Assembly (NCBI GenBank): GCA_965243115.1
Contig: CBDEUD010000003.1
Span: 1,748,007 to 1,812,006, forward strand
DNA length: 64,000 nt
From: Gammaproteobacteria bacterium
GTDB taxonomy: Bacteria > Pseudomonadota > Gammaproteobacteria > Eutrophobiales > Eutrophobiaceae
Direction of reading: 5' to 3'
The notes below the pieces were generated by a model. It saw nothing but the letters and a program-made list of their open reading frames with translations. It made no database searches and was not told where the DNA came from. Shown piece after piece: positions 47,341 through 57,310 of this stretch; the stretch's first letter is position 1, and every line of letters begins with the position of its first letter. The position numbers and the translations under genes were made by a program.

Positions 47341-48318
47341 TTACAGTAATATATTCTGCCGTCGTTCACGCAGGATATGGCAAGCGCCGACTAATGCCGG
47401 GTAATCGGCCGTGACAAGCCATACAGGAATGTCATTCATAAAACCGTACAATTTCCGTTTCGACGTAAAACGTTTGCTGAATGTGCCGGCAATCAGTATC
47501 GGTACAATACGCGGCAGGATACCCCCTCCCAGATAAACACCACCTGAAGCGCTTACCGTCAGCGCCATGTCACCGGCGTATTCACCCAAAATCCCACAAA
47601 ATGTATCGACAGTCTCAATGCAAACCGCATCAATTCCCTGCAGGGCAAGCTCTGTAATCCGGTCTGCGGTCAGTTGTCGAGGCGTGAAATCATGGATAGC
47701 GCAAAGTGTATCGTATAGCAATACCAATCCACTGCCTGAAAGCAGATCCTCAATTACGATACGGCCAATGCGCTTATGCAGGATTTTCAGGATATCAATT
47801 TCCAGGGGCGTGCCGGGGGAGAAGCCTGTGTTTCCGCCTTCACTGGCCACTACACGCCAACTTGCACCAACCGGCACCAGTACAGCCATACCCATTCCGG
47901 TTCCCGGACCGAGAGCCAGCCTGGTTCCTGTACGGTCCGGACAACCTGCACGGACACTCACCAGTTCATTTTCACTGATATACGGCAGGTAAGCAGCGAA
48001 TGCGGCAAAATCATTTACCACCCCGATATCTTTTGTCCCGGTAATCCGCGCTATGGAATCCTTTTCAAATGACCAGGTGTTGTTTGTCAAGCGGTACTCC
48101 GGTCCCCTGGCAGGCCCGGCGATTGCCAGGCATACACTTTCAACAGAACATGAAGATGTCTTTGACAGATACCATTCGATAGCATCATTCACCGAATCGA
48201 AACGACTGGATGGAATAACGCAGACGCACTCCGGAACCGGTTCCGCGAGAGAGCGGCAGAGAGCAAATCTCGTATTCGTGCCGCCTAGTTCTACTAATAG
48301 ATGCATGAAAATTCGCAC
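47341..48318 (-). CDS. glk: glucokinase
   Basis: N-terminal LLVELGGTNTRFALC ATP-binding motif of the Glk family. 325 aa. Confidence 0.8.
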   Translation of the reverse strand: MRIFMHLLVELGGTNTRFALCRSLAEPVPECVCVIPSSRFDSVNDAIEWYLSKTSSCSVESVCLAIAGPARGPEYRLTNNTWSFEKDSIARITGTKDIGVVNDFAAFAAYLPYISENELVSVRAGCPDRTGTRLALGPGTGMGMAVLVPVGASWRVVASEGGNTGFSPGTPLEIDILKILHKRIGRIVIEDLLSGSGLVLLYDTLCAIHDFTPRQLTADRITELALQGIDAVCIETVDTFCGILGEYAGDMALTVSASGGVYLGGGILPRIVPILIAGTFSKRFTSKRKLYGFMNDIPVWLVTADYPALVGACHILRERRQNILL

Positions 48319-48535
48319 TCCGATAACTCATCATAGATCCCGACCGTCAAGTGGCCTGGCAGAGAGCCGGCCCGTAACACCGTCAGCCAGATTAACCCAC
48401 TGATTTATATGATATTCACGCATACGCTGTCGGGGTATCAATCCGCAAGATCATATACTGAATGAAATGCATTACAAATTGTTTTATAGGGCAGGTATAA
48501 TATTTATGCAATTATGTATATAAAAGTAACATAGC

Positions 48536-50902
48536 ATGCCGATATCGTTTGAACACGCTTTCCAGACAAGCGATTACAGGCTTCGCAGGAGTAATTCCGC
48601 ACCTGAGAATTTGCCGCAGGAGGCATCATTATTCAGTGTCGGCAACGGTTTCATCGGGATACGCGGATTGATGGAGCCGATCGGTTCGGGCGATGCCGGT
48701 AATGACAGGTCCGGCGTTTTCCTCAACGGTGTCTACGAGCGCCGCCCGGTCAGCTACCATGAAGAAGCTTATGGATTTCCAAAAGTCAGTGATGTCCGGG
48801 TCCCGGTTCTTGATTGCACCGGGTTGATTCTGGAAATCGAAGGACGGGATATATATGCCGCCGGCTGGCACAAAATCAGAGACAACCGCGAACTGGACTA
48901 CGGAACGGGCATACTCTTCAGGGATATTGTTTTTATTAAGGATACGGGTGAGAAACTGATGCTCGGACTTGAGCGTCTGGTCAGTTTGTCACGGCGTACC
49001 ATCGCCGCGGGCAGGATTCGTATCCGCGCGGAAGGTTTCAGCGGCTCAATCACGCTCCACGCAACGATAAGCCATCCTTTTGAGAATGTCCCTTTGCAGG
49101 AAAGTGTTGTTGCTGATGGCATGCACGATCCCCGGATAGGTCCGGTGATATCCGCTAATCCCTGGAAAATGGAAACGGAGTTCTACAAGGACAATACCTG
49201 GACTTTTCTTTACCGAAGCGACATCGCGGGCATCGGCGTTGCTACCATGGATAGGATCATAGTGGGGGACGGCAGCGCTGTTTGCCGGTTAACGCCCGCC
49301 TATACCGATGGTTTCCGTCAGACACTGACACTCGATATTTCCCCCGGTAAACCCGCGGACCTGTTCCGCTTGAGCTGTTACGAGACTGATCGCGGAAACA
49401 GCAATATTGACCTGCTTGACATTTGCCGCCGTGAATTGGACAGGGCCCAGGCTACCGGATACCAGGCGCTTTCGCAGGAGCAGGCAGGGGAGATGGTGCA
49501 ATTTTCCGCAAAAGCCTTTGTGAGGCTGCCTGAGGACAGCGACCTGGAGGGCGCAGTCAATTTCAATTCCACGCAGTTGTTTATGGCTGCCGGCAGGGAC
49601 GCGGCCAGTTCAATCAGTGCGAAAGGACAGACGGGCGCAGGCTATGAAGGGCATGTTTTCTGGGATGCGGAAATATTCGTATTGCCGTTTTTCGTATTTA
49701 CCTTGCCGGACATTGCCAGGGGGATGCTCGAATACCGGCATTCCATGCTCGACTATGCGCGTGAAATTGCTGCCACGATGGGGCATACGAATGCCGCGCT
49801 GTATCCATGGCGGACTATCAGTGGTACGGAATGCTCCTCGTTTTTTCCTGCCGGCACAGCCCAGTATCACATTAACGCAGATATCGCGTATGCGGTTCAG
49901 CAGTATGTTGAGGCGACGGATGATCTCGAGTTTCTCAGCGGGCCGGGAATTGAGATGTTGGTCGAGACCGCGAGAATCTGGCCGCAGGCAGGGTTTTTCA
50001 ATCACCGCAAGGGCGGCGCCTTTTGCCTGAACCGCGTCACCGGTCCCGATGAATACTCCGCCATCGTAGATAACAATCTCTACACCAACGTTATGGCAAA
50101 GGGTCATCTTGAATACACGCTTGCTGCCATTCAGGCAATAAAGCGTCAAAGCCGTGATTGTTATACCTCAATACTACGGACTATGAATATCACCGATGAG
50201 GAGATGTTGTTATGGAAGAAAATTGCGGCCAATTTCTTCCTGCCCTACAGTACTGAAGAGGAGATTTATCTGCAGGATGAGCATTTTCTCGAAAAAGAAT
50301 TGTGGGATTTCGGTGCGACACCTGCAGACAATTACCCCTTGCTGTTGCACTACCACCCCTTGACGATATACCGCTATCAGGTCTGCAAGCAGGCGGATGC
50401 GGTCCTGGCCATGTTTCTCAGGGGCAGCGAATTCCCCTGTGAAAGCAAAGCCGCCACGCTGAAATACTACGAAAGGATTACCACCCAGGATTCCACGCTC
50501 TCACCCGGCACCTTTGCGATCGTATCGGCTGAGTGCAACGAACTTGAAAAGGCGTATGAATATCTCAGCAAGACCTCATTTATTGATATCGACGACTTGT
50601 GCGACAACTCCAGTCAGGGCTTGCACATGGCTGCCCTTGCCAACTCCTGGAACAGTATAGTATTCGGGTTTGGCGGTATGCGCAGCCATGGCGGGGTACT
50701 GAGATTCAACCCCAGGTATTCAGCTTCTCCGGGCTCTTATTCATTTTGCGTCAACTTTCGCGGGCGCTTAATCCGTGTCGATGTTGCAAGTGACAAGGCG
50801 GATTATCATTTGCTGGAAGGTAAGGAAATTGATATTTATCACGGGGACACAGCCTTCAGGCTGAAAGAACGGGTTTCAATCGATAACCGGCAAAATTCAT
50901 AA
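48536..50902 (+). CDS. glycoside hydrolase family 65 disaccharide phosphorylase (trehalose/maltose/kojibiose phosphorylase-type)
   Basis: 788 aa with GH65 central catalytic-domain features (HVFWDAEIFVLPFF). Confidence 0.85.
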   Translation: MPISFEHAFQTSDYRLRRSNSAPENLPQEASLFSVGNGFIGIRGLMEPIGSGDAGNDRSGVFLNGVYERRPVSYHEEAYGFPKVSDVRVPVLDCTGLILEIEGRDIYAAGWHKIRDNRELDYGTGILFRDIVFIKDTGEKLMLGLERLVSLSRRTIAAGRIRIRAEGFSGSITLHATISHPFENVPLQESVVADGMHDPRIGPVISANPWKMETEFYKDNTWTFLYRSDIAGIGVATMDRIIVGDGSAVCRLTPAYTDGFRQTLTLDISPGKPADLFRLSCYETDRGNSNIDLLDICRRELDRAQATGYQALSQEQAGEMVQFSAKAFVRLPEDSDLEGAVNFNSTQLFMAAGRDAASSISAKGQTGAGYEGHVFWDAEIFVLPFFVFTLPDIARGMLEYRHSMLDYAREIAATMGHTNAALYPWRTISGTECSSFFPAGTAQYHINADIAYAVQQYVEATDDLEFLSGPGIEMLVETARIWPQAGFFNHRKGGAFCLNRVTGPDEYSAIVDNNLYTNVMAKGHLEYTLAAIQAIKRQSRDCYTSILRTMNITDEEMLLWKKIAANFFLPYSTEEEIYLQDEHFLEKELWDFGATPADNYPLLLHYHPLTIYRYQVCKQADAVLAMFLRGSEFPCESKAATLKYYERITTQDSTLSPGTFAIVSAECNELEKAYEYLSKTSFIDIDDLCDNSSQGLHMAALANSWNSIVFGFGGMRSHGGVLRFNPRYSASPGSYSFCVNFRGRLIRVDVASDKADYHLLEGKEIDIYHGDTAFRLKERVSIDNRQNS

Positions 50903-50926
50903 TCCCGCTTACTGTACAGTTGTCCG

Positions 50927-51574
50927 ATGCAAATTGCCGCTGCTATTTTTGATCTGGACGGTGTGCTCGCCGACACGACACAGGCCCATTATCACTCCTG
51001 GTTGCGCCTGGCAAAAGAGGAGGGGATATATTTCGACAAGCAAATCAATGAACGCCTCAAAGGTGTATCCAGGATGGCTTCTCTCGAAATTTTGCTTGAG
51101 CGGTGCGGGAAGGAGTTCTCTCCGGTTGAAAAAGCCTCCCTGGCAGCCAGAAAAAACAATTATTACCGGGAAATAATCAGTTCACTCACGCCCGAGGCCC
51201 TGCTGCCGGGAGCGTTTGCCGTGCTTGACGCCTGTCGTATCCGGGGAATGAAAACCGCGCTTGCCTCGGCCAGTGAAAATGCGCCGGCGGTAATCAATAA
51301 CCTCGGAATAGCGTCGCTGCTGGACTACGTCGTGGACGTAAAATATATTACGAACCACAAACCGCACCCGGAAATCTTCCTTTCTGCGGCAAAGGGGATC
51401 CATGCTGAACCGCGCTCCTGTGTCGCTTTCGAAGATGCGGAAGCCGGTATCCGGGCTATACGGGCGGCGGAAATGATGGCTATAGGAATTGGTTGCCGCA
51501 AGCGTCTTTGCCAGGCGGATATGGTAATCGAATCGCTCGCGGAGTTTTCCCTGGATATGCTGCCTTGCCCGTGA
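50927..51574 (+). CDS. pgmB: beta-phosphoglucomutase (HAD family)
   Basis: AAIFDLDGVLADT motif I, KGVS/K, EDAEAGIRA. Immediately downstream of the GH65 gene. Confidence 0.8.
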   Translation: MQIAAAIFDLDGVLADTTQAHYHSWLRLAKEEGIYFDKQINERLKGVSRMASLEILLERCGKEFSPVEKASLAARKNNYYREIISSLTPEALLPGAFAVLDACRIRGMKTALASASENAPAVINNLGIASLLDYVVDVKYITNHKPHPEIFLSAAKGIHAEPRSCVAFEDAEAGIRAIRAAEMMAIGIGCRKRLCQADMVIESLAEFSLDMLPCP

Positions 51575-51614
51575 AGAGCTGTTCCGGATAGTTTTGCCGC
51601 CAACAACACATCAC

Positions 51615-54380
51615 TCACGTTATAAAGTTTCTAAGTCTTCTAAATACGCTTTTTGCCCTCAGCCACATCCTGCCGGCACCGCGGCCGACAGCCGGCATGC
51701 GGTTTTGCCGGTATCCCTGCCTCCCCGGCGGGTTCGCCCCGGCCCGCCGGTGCGGATTGCGCGGTAGCAACGGGCGGGCGGCGAGCGCAGCCGTCGAAAT
51801 TTCATCGCTGCTACTGAATGTATAGGGATATGCTGATCCTGGAACGGCAGCGGATTCGGCGGTGTCACCCATATCTGATCCGGATGAAGGAGATTCATCG
51901 GTTGTATCAAAGCCCGGGCTGTCAAATTCGGCCCCGCTGTCCGCCGTGCGCGGCGCCAGCAATTGTTCCATGAAGTCCGCTGTCCATTTTGCAATCTCAT
52001 TCTCATGAACAAAGGCCTGCATCGACTTGTTTCCGGCTGCCAGCTTCTCCAGTTTTTCGGGGTCCTCCCTGGTTGCTATCACCTTATCGATCCCGCGTTT
52101 CAGTTGTTCCTTGATCATTTCTGGTTCCATGGTCCTCTCCAGCGTATATCCGTGTTTGACGAATTCATGGCGCCGTCCTATGCCTGCGCCTTCGCTCAAT
52201 ATAAACACGGCAGGACGGTGATCATGTCCTTCGTCCAGGTGTTTGGTGGAAATGACTTCAAGCGGCGTCAGGTTCATGCCGTCAGACAGCGCGGTGATGA
52301 CAAATACGTCATAGGCCGCGAACAAATCGGATTTTTCAGGATCAAAAACGGGCCCGGTCAAAACGACGGGCGCATAACCCAGTTTGCCCTGGTAGGTTTG
52401 ATTGACACGGTTGATTTTTCCATAAAGCGTATCTACGTATTTTTTGTATGAAGGAACGTTTTCCCTGCTTGGCGCCAGGGTAAGGACAAAAACAGGTTTG
52501 TAACCTGATTCCAGCAACTCTTCGATATTTTCCTTGAAATAAAGGTCAATGGCGTCCACCCTGTGGTGCAGGCCCTTGGTGTAATCAGCCCGTTCGATGC
52601 CGCCTATCCATATTGACTCCGGATCATCAATGGCTGCCTTCGTGGCCTCGATATCGTCAATATCGTAGCGCCGCTCCACGCCGCCTTTCTCTTGCGGGTA
52701 ACTTTGCACCTGCGCATCAAATTTCCGTTTCACCACTTCCCGTGCCTGCTGCAAGCTTCTCGAGGCGCCCGTTTCATGTTGTGCTTCGTAGTCTATGCTG
52801 ATTGGAAAATCCCTGACGGTCACAACCCTGCTGCCGACGGGAACCGAATAATGACCCCGGCCGATCCTTTCAATCCTTGATTTATCTATTCCAAGGGGAT
52901 CCGCCAGCTTTTCAACCAGTTCAATAAAATGCCCGGCATCGTCATACATCTGCACGCCTACCACGTCGGATTGAAGCAGGGAGTGCAGTATTTCAACTAC
53001 TTTTGCCTCACCCAACTGTTCTGTGAATGTATCCGGATTTGCAAAAGGAATATGAAGAAAAAATCCGATCCTGTCAGTATTCTTTGTCAGTTTCTCCCGT
53101 AGCATGCCGGGCGTCAGCAACAGCTGGTAATCCTGTATCCAGGCGACATTCTCCTTATCACCTGAAAAATCCGCAAACAACGCGTCGGCAAAAGCCTGGT
53201 TGGTTTCCCGGTATATTTCCCAGTCCTGTGGTGCCGGAGTTACAAATTCCGCCAGATCATGGAATACCGGCCACAGCCAGCCGTTTACCACGTTTTCATA
53301 AAATTTACTGAATACGGCTTTATCCATGCTGAAATGTGAAACGTCATAAGGTTCCCTGCTTTCGATATCGCCTGCGACATAACTTTTGTTCAGACCCGGT
53401 CGATATAATCTTGAAGCATGCAGACCCAGGGGGTTAATCAGGCTTTCAGTATGCTGTGTATCCGGACTGAACTGATCCACGGTATGACTGTATTGCTCCA
53501 TCCGCTCAGCCAGGTCATGTACAGGCGGATTAGTACCGGAATTACTGATCCAGATACCTCCGCTGTCCAGTGCGCCCCTCATGGCAGTAGCCAGTCCCCC
53601 TGCACTCAGGCTGAGTCTGTCTTTTTTAACGACCGGTCCGCGATTGGAGGCAACCAGGAAGTTTTTGCCTGTCAGCAGGGTATTTAATCTCGCCTGATCC
53701 TTTGATTTGGTGAATTGCACGGCATCTCCGCCCGGTGCGGGGCTGCCGGCTACCTTATCCAGCAACCCCTCTGCTGATTTTCCCCGCGCCACGGCATCCG
53801 CCACTGCATCCGCATTTTTCTCCCACCGGTCTCCTGCCTGACCTGTTCCGTTTTGCAATTGTGCGCCCGATACTCCCTGTACTGCATGGGCTGCCTCGTG
53901 GGCTGCAACTTTCAGGGTAGGTAATTCACCGAACGCGACGTGACGACCCTTGTAATATGCATCCGACCCTGCGTGAGTGTTGGCTTCCCTGGCCTCCGGT
54001 CCGGTATGTGCGGTCAAATCTCCGATATCGTGTTTGCCGAAGGAAGTTTGAATCCGTTCCATGAACGGGTATTCCATACCCGGGCCGCGCAATCCCCGGC
54101 CGGTGATTTCGTGGATGTATTCAGCCCGGCGTTTATCGTACAAGCCTTTAACAAACTTGAGCGTGCCACGCATACCGTAATAACTGTTCATGGTATCGAT
54201 GTGGCTGGATAACTGGTACGGTGATGCCCCGTACCGGATCCCGGTTTCTACATCGAACCGCGCGGCTTCGCCGTTGCGAGCATCAGTAAGACGTGAGGCT
54301 GTTCCCGTATCGGGGTTCCTGGCGTGATCCGGACTCCCGCCGGATTTATAACGATTATTAGTCCTGGAAAATATATTCAT
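51615..54380 (-). CDS. DUF4157 domain fused to trehalose-6-phosphate synthase (GT20, OtsA-like), candidate cargo
   Basis: N-terminus has DUF4157 (RIQTSFGKHDIGDLTAHTG...AAHEAAHAVQ). Then LVASNRGPV...GGLATAMRGAL...WPVFHD...IGFFLHIPF...ALSDGMNLTPLE matches OtsA. Confidence 0.8.
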   Translation of the reverse strand: MNIFSRTNNRYKSGGSPDHARNPDTGTASRLTDARNGEAARFDVETGIRYGASPYQLSSHIDTMNSYYGMRGTLKFVKGLYDKRRAEYIHEITGRGLRGPGMEYPFMERIQTSFGKHDIGDLTAHTGPEAREANTHAGSDAYYKGRHVAFGELPTLKVAAHEAAHAVQGVSGAQLQNGTGQAGDRWEKNADAVADAVARGKSAEGLLDKVAGSPAPGGDAVQFTKSKDQARLNTLLTGKNFLVASNRGPVVKKDRLSLSAGGLATAMRGALDSGGIWISNSGTNPPVHDLAERMEQYSHTVDQFSPDTQHTESLINPLGLHASRLYRPGLNKSYVAGDIESREPYDVSHFSMDKAVFSKFYENVVNGWLWPVFHDLAEFVTPAPQDWEIYRETNQAFADALFADFSGDKENVAWIQDYQLLLTPGMLREKLTKNTDRIGFFLHIPFANPDTFTEQLGEAKVVEILHSLLQSDVVGVQMYDDAGHFIELVEKLADPLGIDKSRIERIGRGHYSVPVGSRVVTVRDFPISIDYEAQHETGASRSLQQAREVVKRKFDAQVQSYPQEKGGVERRYDIDDIEATKAAIDDPESIWIGGIERADYTKGLHHRVDAIDLYFKENIEELLESGYKPVFVLTLAPSRENVPSYKKYVDTLYGKINRVNQTYQGKLGYAPVVLTGPVFDPEKSDLFAAYDVFVITALSDGMNLTPLEVISTKHLDEGHDHRPAVFILSEGAGIGRRHEFVKHGYTLERTMEPEMIKEQLKRGIDKVIATREDPEKLEKLAAGNKSMQAFVHENEIAKWTADFMEQLLAPRTADSGAEFDSPGFDTTDESPSSGSDMGDTAESAAVPGSAYPYTFSSSDEISTAALAARPLLPRNPHRRAGANPPGRQGYRQNRMPAVGRGAGRMWLRAKSVFRRLRNFIT

Positions 54381-54416
54381 CCGGGTTTTACAATAAATAA
54401 TGTAATTGATTACATC

Positions 54417-54505
54417 ATTTATAATTTATAAAGAAACCCTGTGGCAAGTAATAATTTACCAGGCCGGATAAGTAAAACTGCAGGCTGGTAAATTACCGGT
54501 TGTAA
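54417..54505. promoter_or_regulatory. divergent promoter region with two oppositely oriented CTGGTAAAT-N6-TTG boxes
   Basis: Minus-oriented CTGGTAAAT-N6-TTGCCA...TATAAAT. Plus-oriented CTGGTAAAT-N6-TTGTAA. Confidence 0.45.
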
Positions 54506-54519
54506 CTCCTCGGCCCGTC

Positions 54520-56067
54520 ATGCAACACTTCCGGGCAAGTATCTTTTTTATGGGTAATTTATTTGTGAAAAATATCACATACCTATTTTTAACGAATGCA
54601 CAATATACTTCTGAAGGAGCCAGGGATGAGCTACCGGCGCGGTATGGGCGGCAAACTTCCCGCGGGCATTCCCCGACCGGTTACGCGGGTTGCAAATACG
54701 GAATTGATCTGTTTGAAACGCTTGATCACGCGTTACAAAAAATTCGCCATTGCATAAATAACGATATCTCACCTGCCAATTACGCCGGAGCCATCTCTGA
54801 TGCCAATGGAAGGCTGGGTAATCGAACCTTCTTGCGCCACGTAGAGGGATTGCAGCAACGAAGGCGGCATACGCATGCCCATCATGTGGCGAACAAGGCG
54901 TTACGCGGAGCAGGGCGCCCCCTGACCCGCCTGGACGCTATCCAGGCATCCTTCGGACACCATGATGTGACCGGCATGCGGGAAGTTACCGGCAGTTCTG
55001 CCCGGCAGGCATTGACCTTGTTGCAGGCGGAGGGATTTACCGCTAATGGGCGCATGGCTGTCAGCGCTACGCCTGATCTGTTTACCCAGGCTCATGAAGC
55101 GGCCCACGGTGTGCAACAGGCAGCGCTTGGAAGTGACTTGAGGTTGAAGGACGGGGTTGGCGAGGCGGACGACAAATATGAACGTCATGCGGATGCGGTG
55201 GCGGAAAAGGTTCTGCGAGGCGAGTCTGCCCAGGAATTGCTGGACGCCATGGCAGGTGGAATGCAGACGCCAGTGGAAGCAAGCAATCATGCCGGGCCTG
55301 TGCAGTTTAATGAAGAAATCATCGACAAATTCAAAAGCAGCCAATCCCGATTGATCTTTCTGGATTATGACGGAACCCTGGTGGGCTTTCACGAGGACCC
55401 CATGCAGGCCGCTCCGGACGATGAACTGCATGAAATTATTGAGCGGTTGACCCGGTGTGAAAATACGAAAGTCGTCATCATTACCGGCAGGAAGAGGGAA
55501 GAAATATTCAGGTTTCTGGGCGGGCATGAAAACCTGGAATTCGTTGCCGAACATGGGATGTGGAGGAAAAAAGCGGAGCACAAGGATTGGCAACCGGCGA
55601 TGGAACTGGACCTTTCCTGGAAAGAAGAAATCAGGCCGGTCTTCCGGAGATATGTTAACATTATGCCGAATAGTTATATCGAGGAAAAAGTCTATTCATT
55701 GGGGTGGCACTATCGCCCGGTGCAGGACGCCGTGGCGGCGGCGCAGGCAGGCAGGCAACTGGAAGCGGAACTGAAAGAATATTTCAGACAGGCGGGCAGG
55801 GAGAAGGAATGGGTGGTTACGAATGACAAGATGGTGGTGGAAATAAATACTGCAGCGGTAGATAAAGGCACGTCGGCATCCGTAATTGCGGGCGAAGGAT
55901 CGTACGACTTGATTTTGGCCATGGGCGACAGCAGCACGGATGAATTTATGTTCAGGGCACTTTCCGATCATCAGACTGTCAAAGTAGGTACAGGTGTAAC
56001 TGCCGCCCGTCACACGGTGAAAGACGTCGCGGCAGTACGCAGCCTGTTGAAAAATTTAGTTGCATAG
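54520..56067 (+). CDS. DUF4157 domain fused to trehalose-6-phosphate phosphatase (HAD, OtsB-like), candidate cargo
   Basis: Leader GNRTFLRHV. DUF4157 (IQASFGHHDVTGMREVTG...AHEAAHGVQQ). Then HAD/OtsB motifs LIFLDYDGTL, ITGRK, GDSSTDE. The true start may be the downstream Met at 54550. Confidence 0.75.
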   Translation: MQHFRASIFFMGNLFVKNITYLFLTNAQYTSEGARDELPARYGRQTSRGHSPTGYAGCKYGIDLFETLDHALQKIRHCINNDISPANYAGAISDANGRLGNRTFLRHVEGLQQRRRHTHAHHVANKALRGAGRPLTRLDAIQASFGHHDVTGMREVTGSSARQALTLLQAEGFTANGRMAVSATPDLFTQAHEAAHGVQQAALGSDLRLKDGVGEADDKYERHADAVAEKVLRGESAQELLDAMAGGMQTPVEASNHAGPVQFNEEIIDKFKSSQSRLIFLDYDGTLVGFHEDPMQAAPDDELHEIIERLTRCENTKVVIITGRKREEIFRFLGGHENLEFVAEHGMWRKKAEHKDWQPAMELDLSWKEEIRPVFRRYVNIMPNSYIEEKVYSLGWHYRPVQDAVAAAQAGRQLEAELKEYFRQAGREKEWVVTNDKMVVEINTAAVDKGTSASVIAGEGSYDLILAMGDSSTDEFMFRALSDHQTVKVGTGVTAARHTVKDVAAVRSLLKNLVA

Positions 56068-56217
56068 TACGTGTCAGAGGCATGTAGGAAAGCTGGATAG
56101 TGTTTTCTATCACCTGATGAAGTGTTGTCCCGGAAACCGGGGCAGGGGGCTTCGGTGGCAAAGAGAGTAAAAAGAGGCAGTAAAACAAAAGTGGCGGTGC
56201 CTGATATAACCACTGCG

Positions 56218-57210
56218 ATGACGATGGACCACATTGCGCAACTGACAAACCTGTCCAAGGCGACCGTATCAAGGGCTTTGCGTGACAGCCCCCTGGTAAC
56301 CGTGGAGACCAAGACGCTTGTAGTTGAGGCAGCAAAAAAATGTGGCTATACCGTCAATAAAAATGCCAGGAAACTGAGAGATAAACGCACCAATACTATC
56401 GCGATTGCCCTGGATTTTCCCTCCTATCCCGGTCAGCGCATATCAGACCCGTTTATTTTTGAGCTGCTCACCGATATCGTTAATGCTCTCTCTGTTCGTG
56501 AACAGGATGTGCTTCTGTGTTCTCCGGTTGTAGATAATGCCCTTTCCTACCAGAATATTCTTGCGGCAAAAAGCGCGGATGGAATTATTTTTCTGGGCCA
56601 GGGAGAGAAGGAGCAAATTCTGGAAGACCTGGCGAAGCTGAAGGCGCCATTCGTCGTCTGGGGAGGGGTCACCGCCAATCCGAAGTACTGTACCGTGGGA
56701 AGTGATAATTTATACGGGGGGCATCTGGTCGGCAGCAGATTTGCCAGCCTTGGTTACAGTAATGTCCTGTTTATGGGAAATTCCCGGCATCTTGAATTCC
56801 GGTTGCGCAGGGAAGGTATGGAAACGGGATTGAAGGAAGGAGGAAAGCAAAGCAGAATAACGGATTTGACGATAACGGATTTTACCTACGAAGCCAGTTA
56901 CAGAGCAGCAAAACAATATCTGGAAAACTCAAAAGGGACCGTAGATGCGGTATTTGCCGTCAGCGATATTATGGCGATCGCTTTTGCCGTGGCGTTGAAA
57001 GAAACCGGGAGGACCCCGGGCAAGGATGTCGCCATTATCGGTTACAACGATATACCGGTCGCTTCTTATTTTTCACCTGCAATCAGCACCATTCGGCAGG
57101 ATACTGTCAAGGCGGGCGGATTACTGGTTGAAAAACTCATGCAGATACTGGACGGTTTCAACCCCCAATCGGTTATGCTGCCCACAAATCTTGTCTTGAG
57201 AGAAACCTGA
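56218..57210 (+). CDS. LacI-family transcriptional regulator
   Basis: N-terminal HTH (MDHIAQLTNLSKATVSRAL) and a periplasmic-binding-protein-like sugar-binding core. Confidence 0.8.
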   Translation: MTMDHIAQLTNLSKATVSRALRDSPLVTVETKTLVVEAAKKCGYTVNKNARKLRDKRTNTIAIALDFPSYPGQRISDPFIFELLTDIVNALSVREQDVLLCSPVVDNALSYQNILAAKSADGIIFLGQGEKEQILEDLAKLKAPFVVWGGVTANPKYCTVGSDNLYGGHLVGSRFASLGYSNVLFMGNSRHLEFRLRREGMETGLKEGGKQSRITDLTITDFTYEASYRAAKQYLENSKGTVDAVFAVSDIMAIAFAVALKETGRTPGKDVAIIGYNDIPVASYFSPAISTIRQDTVKAGGLLVEKLMQILDGFNPQSVMLPTNLVLRET

Positions 57211-57310
57211 CGTTTGCTGCCTGTCCCGTCCGGAAGGTGAAGGAATGGAGCAAAATTTATACGAATGTAATGCATTTCATGCTATGATATAACGCAACGC
57301 TGGCGGTTGA

